DNA of 63,976 nucleotides, the filler included, from Octopus bimaculoides (Eukaryota), in the NCBI RefSeq assembly GCF_001194135.2. It is 6 parts of 4 records of this genome, joined end to end, with 100 filler letters (N's around TTAATTAATTAA, not from the genome) between each part and the next. Parts side by side here need not be neighbours in the genome. Positions count along the whole stretch, not along the records: positions 1 to 23,913 come from NC_068982.1; 5 more parts are not named here. The stretch is one strand, 5' to 3'. Numbering within the stretch: the stretch's first letter is position 1; every line of letters begins with the position of its first letter. The notes below the pieces were generated by a model. That model saw only the letters and a program-made list of their open reading frames with translations, was not told where the DNA came from and did not search any database. A program made the translations under genes and the position numbers. Below are positions 1 through 13,540 of the stretch, one piece after another.

Positions 1-2
1 AA

Positions 3-46
<44 letters not shown>

Positions 47-160
47 CAGGAGAGTATTCTCGTTTGAACGTATCATTTTCACCCTACGCTAATATATAGA
101 TGCACACACATATATGCGTGTGTGCACATATAGATACATATCTATATATGTGTGTGTGTC

Positions 161-528
161 TAGGTGTGGGTATGTAGTAAGAAGCATGTTTTCCAAACAG
201 TATGGTTCCCTGTTCCCTGCATGGTACCTTCGGAAAATGTCTTTTACTATAACCTCAGGCCCGACCAAAGACTTGCGAGTGGATTTAGTAGACGGAAACA
301 TATATATATGCGCGCGTGCGTGTGTGTTTGTTTGTGTCTCTTTGCCCTTACCACCATTGATAACTGGTACTGGTGTGTTTAATTTCCCATAACTTAGCGA
401 TTCGTTGAAAGAACTGATAGAATAAGTATCAGACTTGGGGAAATAAGTAATGGCGTCGATTCGTTCGATTAAAAATCTTCATGGTGGTGCCCCAGCATGG
501 CCGCAGCCTAATAACTGCACAAGTAAAA
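161..528 (+). mobile_element. tRNA-derived SINE, family A (octopus OK/OR-type), degenerate
   Basis: Homologous along its length to the 16604 copy, with internal (TA)/(TG) tract and tail CCAGCATGGCCGCAG...AAGTAAAA. Confidence 0.85.
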
Positions 529-929
529 TATATGTGTGTGTGTGTAACTTTGGTCTGGGCCACTATTTGTCCAGGCTTAACAAAACAGCACTACCTACTG
601 TAGTCTTTTAAGTCATGTTTTGGGACACCACAGCTCGCTCGTGTAGGGAGAGGTATGTTATTTGCAGAAACTTCTTAGCCACACCGTCTTGCATGCGTCC
701 TTATTCTGACTTTACCTTATGTTTTTTAAAGTGCTATATCAATTAGTGTAGAATTCTTCTGTAGGCTTTGGGCAGCTATGAAATTTCTACCTTGCAAGTA
801 TATCTGAAATTATTATGTAGGTGTTGGCAAAAATCATTGGTATTCTAGATTTGTTAGCAGAATTCCATTAGCTGTCAATGTTCATATTATATAGTTCGAA
901 CTAATAACGGAATCTTTAAGGGGAACCAT

Positions 930-1112
930 TGTCAGAAATAGCAGCCAAATCTCCTAAACATACATCATCATTTTTAATATTGAAAGGGTAAATTGAAGTA
1001 ATATAGTGCTACACACATCTGAAAAGATGCGATTATCACGATCGGGAGGCCTTTTGATCATTCGTAGGCTTGCTCGATCAGTATCGACCTGAAGCTAAAT
1101 AACAATAACAGT
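930..1112 (+). mobile_element. (AAC)n-tailed interspersed repeat (SINE or LINE 3' end)
   Basis: GAAATAGCAGCCAAATCTCC...TTTGATC...GACCTGAAGCTAAATAACAATAAC. Homologues at 3470-3655, 13885-13955, 45795-45890, 55990-56150, 56565-56760 and 56850-56940 (all +) and about 3130-3200 (-). Confidence 0.65.
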
Positions 1113-1183
1113 AAACTATTGTTCACTATAGTATGTGTTGCCTTTTCTGGAAAAAATCAAACCAAAACAAAAGAACCCCCTTC

Positions 1184-1222
<39 letters not shown>

Positions 1223-2039
1223 AGAAAAACAAACTCGCCGATCATATCCTGCTCTATTAGAAAACCCTTTTTTCACTTTCTCCTAGCAAAACGATAAACT
1301 AATCCTCAGTCATCCATCATTATTATTCAAATGATTTTATAATAGACATCCCATTTCATCTGTAGCTGTGCTGTAAGTGCCGTTACTGAGTTCTGAGACT
1401 TGTCAATAGGAAGAAGCTGTTACTGCAATACCAAGGTAAGTCTAAGTAACTCTGTTACCAAGTAACTCTGTTACTTGAATATATCGACTTAAAAGTGCAG
1501 TTCTAATGGCTACAATTCTTTCGAATTTTAAATGAAGGTTTTTTTTCCAATTAACTAAATTTGATAACTGGAAACTTTCCGAATCTTCATATGAACAAAT
1601 GATACACGTTTCCATAAATATACACGTTTCCATAGGTATTTTGATGAAGAAACGTTTGTAAATAACTATTTATACGGGAATTGAGGTTTGAAGAAATGTA
1701 TATTTATATAAATATATTTGATAAGACAGAAAATGAGCTCAATCCACATGCGCTTCTAAAGCAAAATTTTCTTTTCCTTACATTTCCCCAAGTAACGTTT
1801 GTGTTCGATAGAATGAAATCTCTGTTTTAATAGTCATTGTATTTCTTTCATTTTATGGTTCAACTATCATAAGTCACTGGTGAATGCCATGTACGTGTCT
1901 ACTTCTATAATGGCCATTTCTATAAGTACAAACATATCGATGTCTGCAAAATGTATAGCTATGGCAACCAAGAAATGAAATATATTGATTATTTTTACAT
2001 ATGATTATTGTTTACATGACTTTTTGTTGAACAATATAT

Positions 2040-2232
<193 letters not shown>

Positions 2233-4309
2233 GCGCTTGTATCTATATACAATATTATATTTAAAGGAACCAGCCACTGTATTCAATTACAAATGGATCA
2301 CACCTTTACATAGTATGGACACAATTTCTTCCCGAGCCATTGAATCTGGTTACAGTATTCGAACATAAGCCATCAGAGGTTTCAACAACAGTCTATGGAC
2401 GGCAGACCTTTGTAGCTTCTTTCCAAAACGATGAACCCTGACATAAAGTTCTTGTAATCAATCGACGTTATATTTCAGAACGGAAATTTATGCAAATTAG
2501 AAAAATATACCAGATGATTTTAATCTCATTGTTCTCTGTTTCCTTTTTTTAACTTTTATTCCTGATGTAGAAAAATCAAATTCTACAATGTAGTGTCTAA
2601 ACTGAGAGTTTGAATACGTTAAATATAAATTCCGATTGACCAAAAGAGTCATGTAAACTGGCATTCAAATTTAAAATATTTCATTAGTTTTGTATTTAGA
2701 AATCTAAAATTAGAAAAAAAAAAAAAAATTATATCAAGGTAGAAGACCTGACTAATTTTTTAAAAAATTATTAAAATACAGTATAAAATATACAAATTGT
2801 GACAGTATCGATTTAATTTATTATTTTACGATTTTATGGTTGTCAGTTGCAATGTATAACATATTTTGAAAAGATTTAAAAAGTCTCAAATTGAGAACTT
2901 TCCATCTCTAGAATAAATGTAATGAATGTTGTTCTTAATCAAACAACGTAAACAGCATAAAAATATTCCTGCTTCAATTATTCTGCCTCATAAGAGTAAA
3001 TTGGATGACTGAAAGTGTTGTATTATAGAAGCAGGACTTGGCAATAATGTTTTTCATAGGCTACTTCCAGGAAAGCTATTATTGTATGTAATGAAAAATG
3101 CCTATGATTGAGATATCGTGTTAACACAGTTGAACATAGCTTTTATTCTCTTAAGTTGGTTAAAATTGACTATCATCAATCACCTTTGATCATATATTTT
3201 CGCTTCAAGTTTTTTTTTATCAAAATGATTATTAAAATTTGTCAAAGCATTTTTACATTTTTTCTATTTTATTTATGTAATAACTGATCATAATCCTATC
3301 AAATCCAATTAATATTATATTGCATTGTGGATTTTTAAAACATTAAATATCAATATAAATAATTTGATGGAAGTCTTTATCTGAAAGTTGGGAGAGCACG
3401 CTTTCAACAAAATGTTCTATGCCACGCCGCATTGATTCTATATTTCGAACCAATGAGATCGCTCGACTTCTTAGAAGTAACAACCAAATCTTCTTCATAT
3501 CACACTTCACCATCTTGAAAAGTTGGAAGGACACATAGGATGAAGTTGTCCTAGCAATACTGTATCAAAATAATATATGCAATGGTCATGACTGGAATAT
3601 TTTAATCACAAGTTTATTCGAGCATGAATGACTAGGACTAAACAATAACAACAGCAATTTTGTTATTCCCCTAGAAAGCTTTTTGTGTTAAAATCAACGA
3701 GTTTGTTTAGTTTGATGATAAAAGATCAAGGATAAAACATATTTAAATATAAATATGATTTAAAACTTTTTCAGTGTAACACAAAAGAAGTTACTGTAAT
3801 AGTTTTCTCTTTTCATTAATATGAAAAGATATACCTGTTAGAAAAATATAAGGATGTATTATGTGAAAATTACTCCAAACTCAAGAAAAATAAAAGTAAG
3901 AAATAATGACATGAAAGAACTTTACATTTGTCATAAAAGTAAGAATTGGCTGAAGTACAAAATGTAAAGAATATTCGTTGAATTTGTTTTGAAGCAAAAG
4001 ATATTTGATGCCTTATTATCAGATGGAATTGAAAAGATTAATTCTCAGCAATAAGATTAGTAGAATAGAATGATCGGTGAAGAATCAAATGACTGAAAAG
4101 GAAAATAAACCGATTGCAGAAACAGAAAGGAAAATAAAAGAGAAAAGAAAACTGCATGAAAATAAAATAACAAATGAAATATAAAAATACCCAACAAAAC
4201 TTAGAATAGCAATTAAACTTAGATTTAGTATCTTTTTGTTTACCAATGTTCGTTTGTTACTTTCTCTTCATGAAATTTTTTGCTTGAAGTTATATACTTT
4301 AGGTTCGAC

Positions 4310-4380
4310 CTAAAGACGAGTGTCTTCGTCATTTGGTGTTTCCAGTTCATATGTTGTCTCGACCAAATGTAAATTTGATC
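4310..4380 (-). CDS. Putative terminal coding exon (x)SNLHLVETTYELETPNDEDTRL*
   Basis: Acceptor ttaatttgtttcAG at 4382-4381, open frame to TAG (4312-4310), class I PDZ-type C-terminus DTRL, followed by long U-rich UTR-like sequence. Parent gene not identified. Confidence 0.45.
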
Positions 4381-5192
4381 CTGAAACAAATTAATAGGAA
4401 AAAACGCAATTGTTTATACTAGTGTCTTCAGCCAATGTTTATTTTAAACTGATATGTTTTAAATATGTGTGTGTATAGAGCTCGGCCTACATGCGTGCGA
4501 AGGATGAATATTATTGTTAATGGTGGTCTAGATATTCTATAACCACGTGAATTTACTCTATCAGATTCTGCTAGTTAGGAAAATTCAAGAGGAAGAACTT
4601 TTTTCGAAGCAAGCTTTTCACTGATGTTTTCACCTGGTACTTGTTGAAAATGGTATCTTAAGACAATTTCTCTAAAATTGATTGATAATTTGTTTATAAA
4701 GAGGCGCTGATCAAATAGTCAGTTAATAAATACAAGAGTTTGATCGCGTTCTAATATTTTCCATCATAGTACATATCTACTGTAGTAGTTAAGTGTAGTG
4801 ATTTGGAAATTATTAGAGTTTAGCTGGCGTTGCGCTTTGGCCAATTAAGCCAGAGAGGCAATACCGAAGGTTCATGAATTATTAGGACTTGTCAACAGAG
4901 TTATAAACTTTGCCATTGTTTGTTGGTACTTTAGTAACTAGCATACTGTGTGGAATATTAAAAAATATCAGAGCCCGGTAAATCAGGGGTCAACAAGATG
5001 TATTCCGAGACAACATTATTACCGTCATTCAGTGGTTTATATAACTATCAGTGATCAATAGCGTCCCTATTCAGCAATAATTAACAGTGAACTTCCACAT
5101 TTTGGAATTGGCATATCAGCTGTCATTGAAGGCTGTCATTTGGATCAATTGTTGTGATTCAAACGTGAAGTCAGCTTTTCAAATATTTATTA

Positions 5193-5706
5193 CATGGAAA
5201 AATGCGTGCACGAAAAGTAATATTCTTAAGATTATAAACCTGGAAAAGTACAGGACAAGTTATTACACCTGTAAAAGTATAGGACAAACTACTACTTCAA
5301 GTAAAGTAAAGAATAAGAAACTTTTTACTTAAAATATCGCAGCAAAAGAATGCCACTTCTTCTAATTTATCACTCTTTACAGTTCTCATCTTTTAAATTT
5401 ATTGTTCAAAACTGTTCAGCTAATTTGTAAGTTTGTCTAATTAGTTGCTTTTTTCTGTATTTAAGGTAGTAAATTAGCTAAATACTACTTAAATAAGTAT
5501 AGTGTTATTTGTAAACTATAATAAAATAATTTTTAATATTCAAATTTTAATTTTAGCTGCAATATTTTAAGTAAAAAGTTTCTTATTCTTTACTTTACTT
5601 GAAGTAATAGATTCTCCTATACTTTTACAGGTGTAATAACTTGACCTGTACTTTTCCAGGTTTATAATCTTAAGAATATTACTTTTCATGCTCACATATT
5701 TCCATG
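5193..5706. mobile_element. Foldback/MITE with about 155-bp TIRs
   Basis: 5193-5347 is the reverse complement of 5551-5706 (about 10 differences by eye). CATGG...CCATG ends flanked by TA on both sides; about 200-bp spacer. Confidence 0.85.
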
Positions 5707-8008
5707 TAATCCATGATTTTTCGAGGCATTGTTGTTATAAGATAATTAATAATGTGTCAATTAATAATTTAAGATTTTACCTTATAAAATACTGAAAGAT
5801 AATATTTCAATTTTTCCATGTAAGTGATGGCAATATTTCAATTTTTTTCATGTTTAATTTAAATATATGTTGTGATTGAATTATTTGATTTTATCCATCC
5901 ACAACAAATTAATGGCAGGGATTTTTACCATGTTGTAGGTTGCACCATGGCTTACTAAAAGTTACAAACAACAAGACCCCAAAACCATCAGTTACCAGGC
6001 TCACCTTAAGTCAAAAAAAAATTTTCCAGTGATTCCGGGATTGGGGAGGGGAATGCATTTTTCTATCATTTAAGCCTAAGAAAGGTATACTTTTAATTTA
6101 AGTGGTTGAATGATAATGTACTGTTAAATAATATTCTTTTTTTACTATGTCTAGCATCAATAAATTTTGTGAAGTGATTTTATAACTGATGTTGCCGTAT
6201 ATGCTACTTCTCCCAGCATCTTAAAAATACATTAAAGAAAAATGAATTTAATAATAACATAATCATTGAAGAATTCTATGTTCAGCTGGTTCGTTCATAA
6301 AGTGTGAGAAATAACACTGTGTTTATATTGTGTTGAGGGACTGGATGGTAATGATAAAGAGTTGCGTAATTATTTTCACAAACCACATTTTCGTCTGTAG
6401 GTCATTCGTTGCTGTTCCGTTACAACCAAAGTTTTCATGAGAGAACCCCCGCCATTGTTGTTGTATTGCCCCCAATTCTTCCCTTGTCAACCCTTCTAAC
6501 TATAAGCAATCTTTTTTTTTATAAATGAAGGACTATATATAATTCGTTATACAAAACAATAGAATGTGATTTGGGTACTATTTGGCTACTATCGGTAGAA
6601 TGTCGAACTACGGTGTAAAGGGTTCATCATTCGTTAGTTCGGAGGACACCCGTTATTAGAGAAAACAATTTAACATGTCTGTGCCACAGAATACTCTCTC
6701 ATGACTGCAACAGAAGCTATACTCTAATAAGATACAAATTGTATATCAAGCCGAGCATCTTTCATACGATTTATCCCAAATCGGAGTCATTTGAAGTTCC
6801 CTACGAAATAATTGTTTATGTATTGAAAAAATTAAGAGAGGGGAACGAGTTCAATTAAAGATTAACCAATGAAATATTTTAATAGGAGATCTCGCATAAT
6901 GGCCTCAAAACCTGCAAATGCCTCCTGCATTAAAGGTAAATACCTAAGATTGGACCCAACTTCCCAGAACTCTACACTGATAATTTTATATTTATTCAAA
7001 AGGGTCATCGATGTTGCTATGTAACCACGTTGTAAAAGACTGCAATTATCCATGCTAGATCACTGAAGCATGTAGTGCAGAATTAATGGTGTCCTGAATC
7101 CTTTCTTTATTCCTTCCTTAAAAATAGATCAATATTGAGTGTCGTACTCTCACAGAGTAACCATTCGATAGAACATTATGGCTCTATATCAACTTAACCA
7201 GTAGAATTAGATTTGAATATCGTTTTCTCTGTGATGCTACAACTCTTTGCTTAGTATGAATGTAATGAAAGCACTTGACAACGGAGAAAAATAGCCGAGC
7301 TATCCATATACTCAGAGACCTTGGGTAGATAGTATTGCAGTTGAAATTCTTAAGTGAAGTAGAGAATATTTCAGTGTAATGCATTTTATTCTGAGGCTGT
7401 TTTGAAAAAAAAAAAAGTTTCATCAGTTTAATAAATGCCAGAATCCTCACCTTTTCAAACAATACCTATATAATATATCATTTATAGGTTTGTATTTACG
7501 CTACTGATCCTTCTCAATATTCAGATTATTGCATTGAAGTGACTATTAACTGAGAGTTAATTTAGATGTCATTCAGGGCTATCCAAAGCTGAGGAAGTGA
7601 TTTCCATTAGCTGACTTAGAGATACGTAAATATTTGATGGAGTGACAAGTGCTCATGGCATCTGAACTAAAGAGGCAATTACAAGCCAACTAGATAACAC
7701 TAAAAATAGAGCTGTACACTTCAATTGACTAATTATCAATGTTTTTACAATTTTCACTCTTTTATCAACTTTAATGTAAGAAAGAAAGTATCTGAGTTTT
7801 ATACATTCAGGTCCTTCAGGTGAAATACAACATTTAACAGAAGACGTTAGTAGCAAGCACCGAACCCCTCTGTTGCAAACTATGGATGTTTCTGGTCACA
7901 TTGACACAGAGAGACCTCAAACTGTACAACGCATAGATCAAAAGTTTTTCATATGTACCTAACTACTGTTGGTTGTTATTGCTTGTCTATTAAGAAATAA
8001 GTTTACAT

Positions 8009-8043
<35 letters not shown>

Positions 8044-8299
8044 NNNNNNNNNNNNNNNNNNNNNNNNNNNNNNNNNNNNNNNNNNNNNNNNNNNNNNNNN
8101 NNNNNNNNNNNNNNNNNNNNNNNNNNNNNNNNNNNNNNNNNNNNNNNNNNNNNNNNNNNNNNNNNNTATCGTATATTTTGTTAAGAACGTAATAGAGTAC
8201 AGTATAAAGCCTGTGCACCTTCAGATTTACCTTGTGCTATCCAGTAGTAGTATTATACGTCCTTCCAGGTTTGCGTTTGGGCATCTGTTGTGTGTGAAT

Positions 8300-8760
8300 A
8301 GGTAACTGAAAAAAAAATGGAGTCAACAAGAAGAGGTGCGGTTGGACATTTATCTTTTAATTACTACAATTGTTTCGACGCAACACAGTTCTCCAGGTGT
8401 ACAGGTACTTGATTATGCCAATGTTTCCCTGCATTATGAGATCTAGTTGTGTTTCCTCAGGTGATATGTAAATATTGTTTCCGTAAGTTTAAAATCTTCG
8501 ACTTCAAGAACAGCCAGTTTGTCTGTCGTGGCCTGAATTTAGTAGTAGTCAGTGAGATAATCAGGGTGTTTTGTTGCTGAAGGGCCGGTGGCAGACTGCT
8601 TTGGATGTGTACATGTAGTGGGATAGTGATTCTGGTACTGTTAAAGTGGTTGCCATTTTAAAGGGATTGGTATTTTATTTCTTTGCACTGCTGATTTATT
8701 CTTCTTGGTTGGCTACACATGCGATTGTCCTTAACTGACATTTAAGATTCACCGCTCGGA
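8300..8760 (-). mobile_element. Penelope-like element 3' remnant with decayed minimal hammerhead
   Basis: Decayed endonuclease-like tail, then CTGGAGA-ACTGTGTTGCGTC-GAAA-CAATTG-TA (palindromic stem III, GUA triplet, A6G) at 8362-8400. Confidence 0.45.
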
Positions 8761-8859
8761 CATATACACTCATTCACATGTACACACACATAGCCAAACA
8801 GACACACACACACACAAATATATATATTCACATATACATACATATATACACAAACATAT

Positions 8860-8924
<65 letters not shown>

Positions 8925-9046
8925 TATATACATATACATATACATGTATATACATATACACATACACCTACACATACATATATACACGCACGCTCACATA
9001 TACGGATATGTACGCGCACTCACATATATACACATATATAAACATA

Positions 9047-10316
9047 CAGGGTGAAGCAAAACTTGGAATATTTTGGAAGCCTTAATTTTCATATATTCCC
9101 AAGCTTAAATACTAAAATATTGTTTTCTATTTCAGGGTGGAGGTATATAGAGTTAGTTTAAGCAGAAGTTCCAGTCATACGATCTAGTATGTCCCCGAGA
9201 AACCAAAAGACAACGCATTGCAGATTTGCTTCGTACCGGGGTTGCAATTAGACGTATTGCTGAGACCGTCGGGTCCTCTCTGAGCACTGTCTACAACGTT
9301 AAGAACCGAATGCTGGATATAGGGGGCATCAAGAGAAAGCAAGGAAGCGGAGGCATGAATAAAAAACGGGATAAAGCATTTCTTAAATCTCTCAATGCCA
9401 AAATTTCGAAAGACCCAACAACATCTATGAGAAAACTGTCCATGGACATGAAGGTTTATCCAAAGACCATCAGAAATGCTGTACACACTGATTTACATTT
9501 GGGGTCAAACGGGAAGACCCCGAGACACCTATTGACTCATGCAATGAAAGCCAGATGGCATGAAAGGGGCAAAAAAGTGTTGCGATGTCTGAAGCACAAC
9601 CGTCAAAATCATTTCAGATAAAAAAAAATCTTTACCGATGATGCTGTTTTAAACCGTCGCAATGATCTATACATTGATAAGTCACCTTCTGAAGTAGAGG
9701 GCGTCTTTAGGACCGCGTCCCCAGCTGAATTCATGATACTCGGAGTGGTGGCGTCTGACGGAAAAATGCCTCTCCATTTTTCCAAGTCTAGGGAAAAGGT
9801 TGGGGCTGAAGTTTATTATAAAGTTCTGCGGTATAAGGTTTTGCCTTGACTGAAGTCTAACTATCCAAACGGTAATTATGTGTGGACCCAAGATGGTGCC
9901 TCTGCTCATACGGCGAAGAAAGTGCAGAAATTCTGCGAAGAGAACTTCGCTGACTTTTGGCCTGCCAACTTCTGGCTTTCTTCTAGCCCAGATTCGAACC
10001 CTTGGACTATGCCCTATGGGGCAAATTAGAGCACTCTACCGACACACCTTCGCATCCAAGTCTTGATAATCTTAAACAAATCCCGAGGGAAGAGTGGGAC
10101 AATATGTCTGAGTACTTCATCACGAAGAGTTGTAACGCCTTCAAGTGGCGTGTGAAGGCTGTGGTGGACAATGAAGGCGGACAAATTGAATAAGTTGTCT
10201 CTTAATACCCCTACGAACTTCAGTTAAAATTATATTTATGTCAAGTTGCTGGTTGTTGTAATATAAACAATTTGGTGAATTATCTATTATTTTCCAAGTT
10301 TTGCTTCCTCACCCTG
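9047..10316 (+). mobile_element. Full-length Tc1/mariner transposon, DD37D (maT) family, disrupted transposase
   Basis: TIRs CAGGGTGAAGCAAAACTTGGAA and TTCCAAGTTTTGCTTCCTCACCCTG with TA TSDs (9045-46, 10317-18). HTH region LLRTGVAIRRIAETVGSSLSTVYNV, then SD.KIFT, TQDGASAH and SPDSNP(L)DY with 37 residues between D2 and D3 after fixing a 1-nt deletion. Frameshifts and one stop. Confidence 0.92.
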
Positions 10317-10451
10317 TACCTACACTCGCACGCAAATACATATACAGATGCTAGTATGTGCACACACACGCGCACACCCATATATATTCATACACATAAG
10401 CACATACTCAAACATATATACACATACATACATGCATATATATATATATGT

Positions 10452-10482
<31 letters not shown>

Positions 10483-12054
10483 CACACATATATATAGGGA
10501 GAATTCACAAAAAAAACAACAAAAGACGAAGACAGGTGGTGTAGACAACAAACAGATGTATTAGTTTAACNNNNNNNNNNNNNNNNNNNNNNNNNNNNNN
10601 NNNNNNNNNNNNNNNNNNNNNNNNNNNNNNNNNNNNNNNNNNNNNNNNNNNNNNNNNNNNNNNNNNNNNNNNNNNNNNNNNNNNNNNNNNNNNNNNNNNN
10701 NNNNNNNNNNNNNNNNNNNNNNNNNNNNNNNNNNNNNNNNNNNNNNNNNNNNNNNNNNNNNNNNNNNNNNNNNNNNNNNNNNNNNNNNNNNNNNNNNNNN
10801 NNNNNNNNNNNNNNNNNNNNNNNNNNNNNNNNNNNNNNNNNNNNNNNNNNNNNNNNNNNNNNNNNNNNNNNNNNNNNNNNNNNNNNNNNNNNNNNNNNNN
10901 NNNNNNNNNNNNNNNNNNNNNNNNNNNNNNNNNNNNNNNNNNNNNNNNNNNNNNNNNNNNNNNNNNNNNNNNNNNNNNNNAATAAAAACGAATTATTTGA
11001 AGATTAATATGTTCTCACGAAAAGTTTTTAAGGAACAAAACCTTTCCACCTGTCGTTTCAATCGTAAGATTTACTGCAAAGTTTCTAAACAAAAACAATA
11101 TATATATTTGCCATATCCTATGTTACTTAAATAGCAGAACAGTTTTACCTTCGTCGAAAGACAGCTGTAATGTATGACTACCTTAGAGAAGTATTTATTG
11201 GTCTCCTGGATTAGCTGGAGTTGAGACACATACACAGGTCTTATGAATTGACTGACTGATCTTATGAGTTGACTGAGGATGAAGCACTTTACTCGTGGAT
11301 TGACTGCGTCTGAGACACTGAATTTATGGAGAGATAGAGTCATTTGCACAAGAACCATGGAAATAAACTTTTATCTAACCACTTTCCTCAATCCATTATT
11401 TTTCACTTTTTTTTGCATATCATCATTTTATTGATGTTAAATAAAATAATTGACTTTTGCTTTTTATCCCTTAGATTTCCAGTATTTGCCTACTCCACAC
11501 TGTTTTTACATTAATAGTTTAACCGAACGTTCTTAAAACAGTTGAAGCAATATCAAAGAAAATAGTTTGTCCATCCATTCAACCTTAAACAAGTTGGTAT
11601 CATAAGAGTTTCTTTTGATTTTCTTTTTTAACAGTTAAGTTATCTTGATCAAACAAACAACGTTCGAAACATACCCAACTGATTTTCTTTGACAAGAAAG
11701 GTTTATTTGCTTTTATTTTGAAGTTACTGGAGACAATTTCTTGATTTCTCCTTCACTTTATACTGACAAACAAAAGTCTTTTTGCACTTCCGGATATTCG
11801 GTCACATCGATAAATTTTCTGTTGTCCTTTACTATTGTATTGTAATAGTTCAATTCATTGAGAAAAGCATATCAGTCTTTATATTCGGAATTAATGAGTC
11901 GCACTCGTCTGACATGATATTTCAGCGTATGATGTATCGTGTTTAAATTCATATTTTATCAATAAATGTTAGCAAGGGCATTTTAGAGTGGTCAGCGTCT
12001 GTTGAAAACGAATATTTTGCTTTTAGATCTTAAAACTGAAGGTAGAAAATAATA

Positions 12055-12175
12055 CTTGTTATACTTCAAAGTACCAAGTTGGACTATATTTCAAGGTACC
12101 AAGGTTGATATAGACTTCAGTATACGAAGATTGGTATATACTTCAGACTATTAGCGTCGGCATAGACTTCATCGG
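12055..12175. repeat. Degenerate about 25-bp minisatellite x5
   Basis: Units such as TATACTTCAAAGTACCAAGTTGGAC and TATATTTCAAGGTACCAAGGTTGA. Confidence 0.55.
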
Positions 12176-12179
12176 TGGC

Positions 12180-12378
12180 TTTGTTGCCTCGTTGCGCTTC
12201 CGCCACTCGGGCTTCTTGGGTGGCTCCAACTCCTTCGTTACTCAGAGTACGCATCCTTCGTGTTTGGCGTTGAAGTATTGGTCGAGGGCCAACTTCGCCG
12301 CCAGTACGTTAGACGCAATGCCAGTTCTAAGTGCCTCTTCTAATTTCTTAACTAGGTCTCCCTCTATTCTATTTCGGT
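12180..12378 (-). mobile_element. Tx1/L1 LINE ORF2 linker fragment
   Basis: IEGDLVKKLEEALRTGIASNVLAAKLALDQYFNAKHEGCVL resembles the inter-domain region of Tx1 ORF2. Confidence 0.5.
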
Positions 12379-12728
12379 TTAATGGAAGGCGAAAAGATAG
12401 ATAGATACAACCTTCTTAAGTACGAAATAGCCTGGCTATGGAAAATAAAGAAGGTGAAGACAGTGTCAATTATTGTTGGGTCCTTGAGAACAGTATCAGA
12501 AGGCATCAGGAGGAATATAAAGGAAACTGGAATAGAGTGCTCAGTAGACCTGTTACAAAAGATTTGCCTTCTGGCACGGCCAGAATAATCAGAAAAGTAT
12601 TAGCTGAAAAGAGCGAATAACATGGTGCCATGGGTTGCAGGTAGTAAGCCCGCTACGCAAGCATGGACTCTAGGAGCTCCAACAAAACCTGTGATAAAGA
12701 GATGATGATGATAATAATAATGATAATT

Positions 12729-12785
<57 letters not shown>
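12376..12785 (+). mobile_element. R4/Dong-like (RLE) LINE 3' end with (AAT)n tail
   Basis: EKIDRYNLLKYEIAWLWKIKKVKTVSIIVGSLRTV...LLQKICLL/GTARIIRKVL, then 3'UTR and (AAT)n at 12715-12785. Confidence 0.85.
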
Positions 12786-12787
<2 letters not shown>

Positions 12788-13485
12788 ATTTTCGTTTCTC
12801 ATCAATATTAGAAGGCTTATTGGCTCACTCTGTCTAACCTCAAAATAGTACTAAGTATTTAAATATTCATGTATCGTCTTTTCTCTTTCGCTTGGCCCTA
12901 AGATCGTAGTTTATGCTAATGGAATCGTAAGCAGAAATGAAAAGGCTTGGTAAAAGCCATTTGTTTACTTTTTTTCATGAAGAATAACATTATAAATAAT
13001 TAATTTGTTTTCTTTTTCTCAGCAAATTTCAGTTTAAATTTCTATTGTTTTTAGTTATATCTGCAACGTTGAAAACGTATCTGCGTTTCGGCGATGCGCC
13101 CACCCGATCCTGTACCTGTACCGGAAATCTTGAAAAAAATAAAGAGTGGTAAAGATTGTGACAGAATAGTGATTGAGGTAGTGAGGGTGAAATTGTTAGT
13201 GACAGTGATAGTAAAACTGGTAGCGTTAGTAAAATAATAATAAAGACAATTACAATAGTTGTGGTGAGGATGGTAATAATAATTATTATAACTAGAGTAA
13301 TAATAATATTCATAAAGAATATTAAGGCAAATGTTTTAGACCAAGCAGTGATGGTGAGAATAGCCACGGGTTGGGGCGCAGCTGCATATTTTGTACTTGT
13401 TTTATTGTGTTGCTGTGGAGGGAACGCCTTCCAGCTCCTGGTGTTGGTGAATGCATGCTGTAAATTAGGTTTAAAATAAACATAC

Positions 13486-13540
13486 TAGTGCTTGGGTCGT
13501 CGGCGGCTAAACCTGCGTGCGGAGGGTGGTAGTTAGACAA
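13486..13540 (-). CDS. Candidate internal exon LSNYHPPHAGLAADDPST (phase 0 to 1)
   Basis: Acceptor tttgttttcctttccgcaAG and donor GTATGT, GC-rich relative to flanks, phase-compatible with the 4380 exon. Confidence 0.28.

Noticed and set aside
1445-1635. Short tandem duplications (16 bp and 18 bp; also 30 bp at 63770-63840)
   Set aside because: Two-unit slippage duplications without spacers; ordinary.
3000-3650. Possible P-element/THAP transposase C-terminus in - strand translations
   Set aside because: The suggestive peptides come from two copies of the AAC-tailed repeat (3130-3200 and 3470-3655); coincidental.
11500-11990. Protein-like - strand pieces (YAFLNELNYYNTIVKDNRKFIDVTEYPEV)
   Set aside because: Interrupted by stops, no recognisable family and no coherent splice sites.
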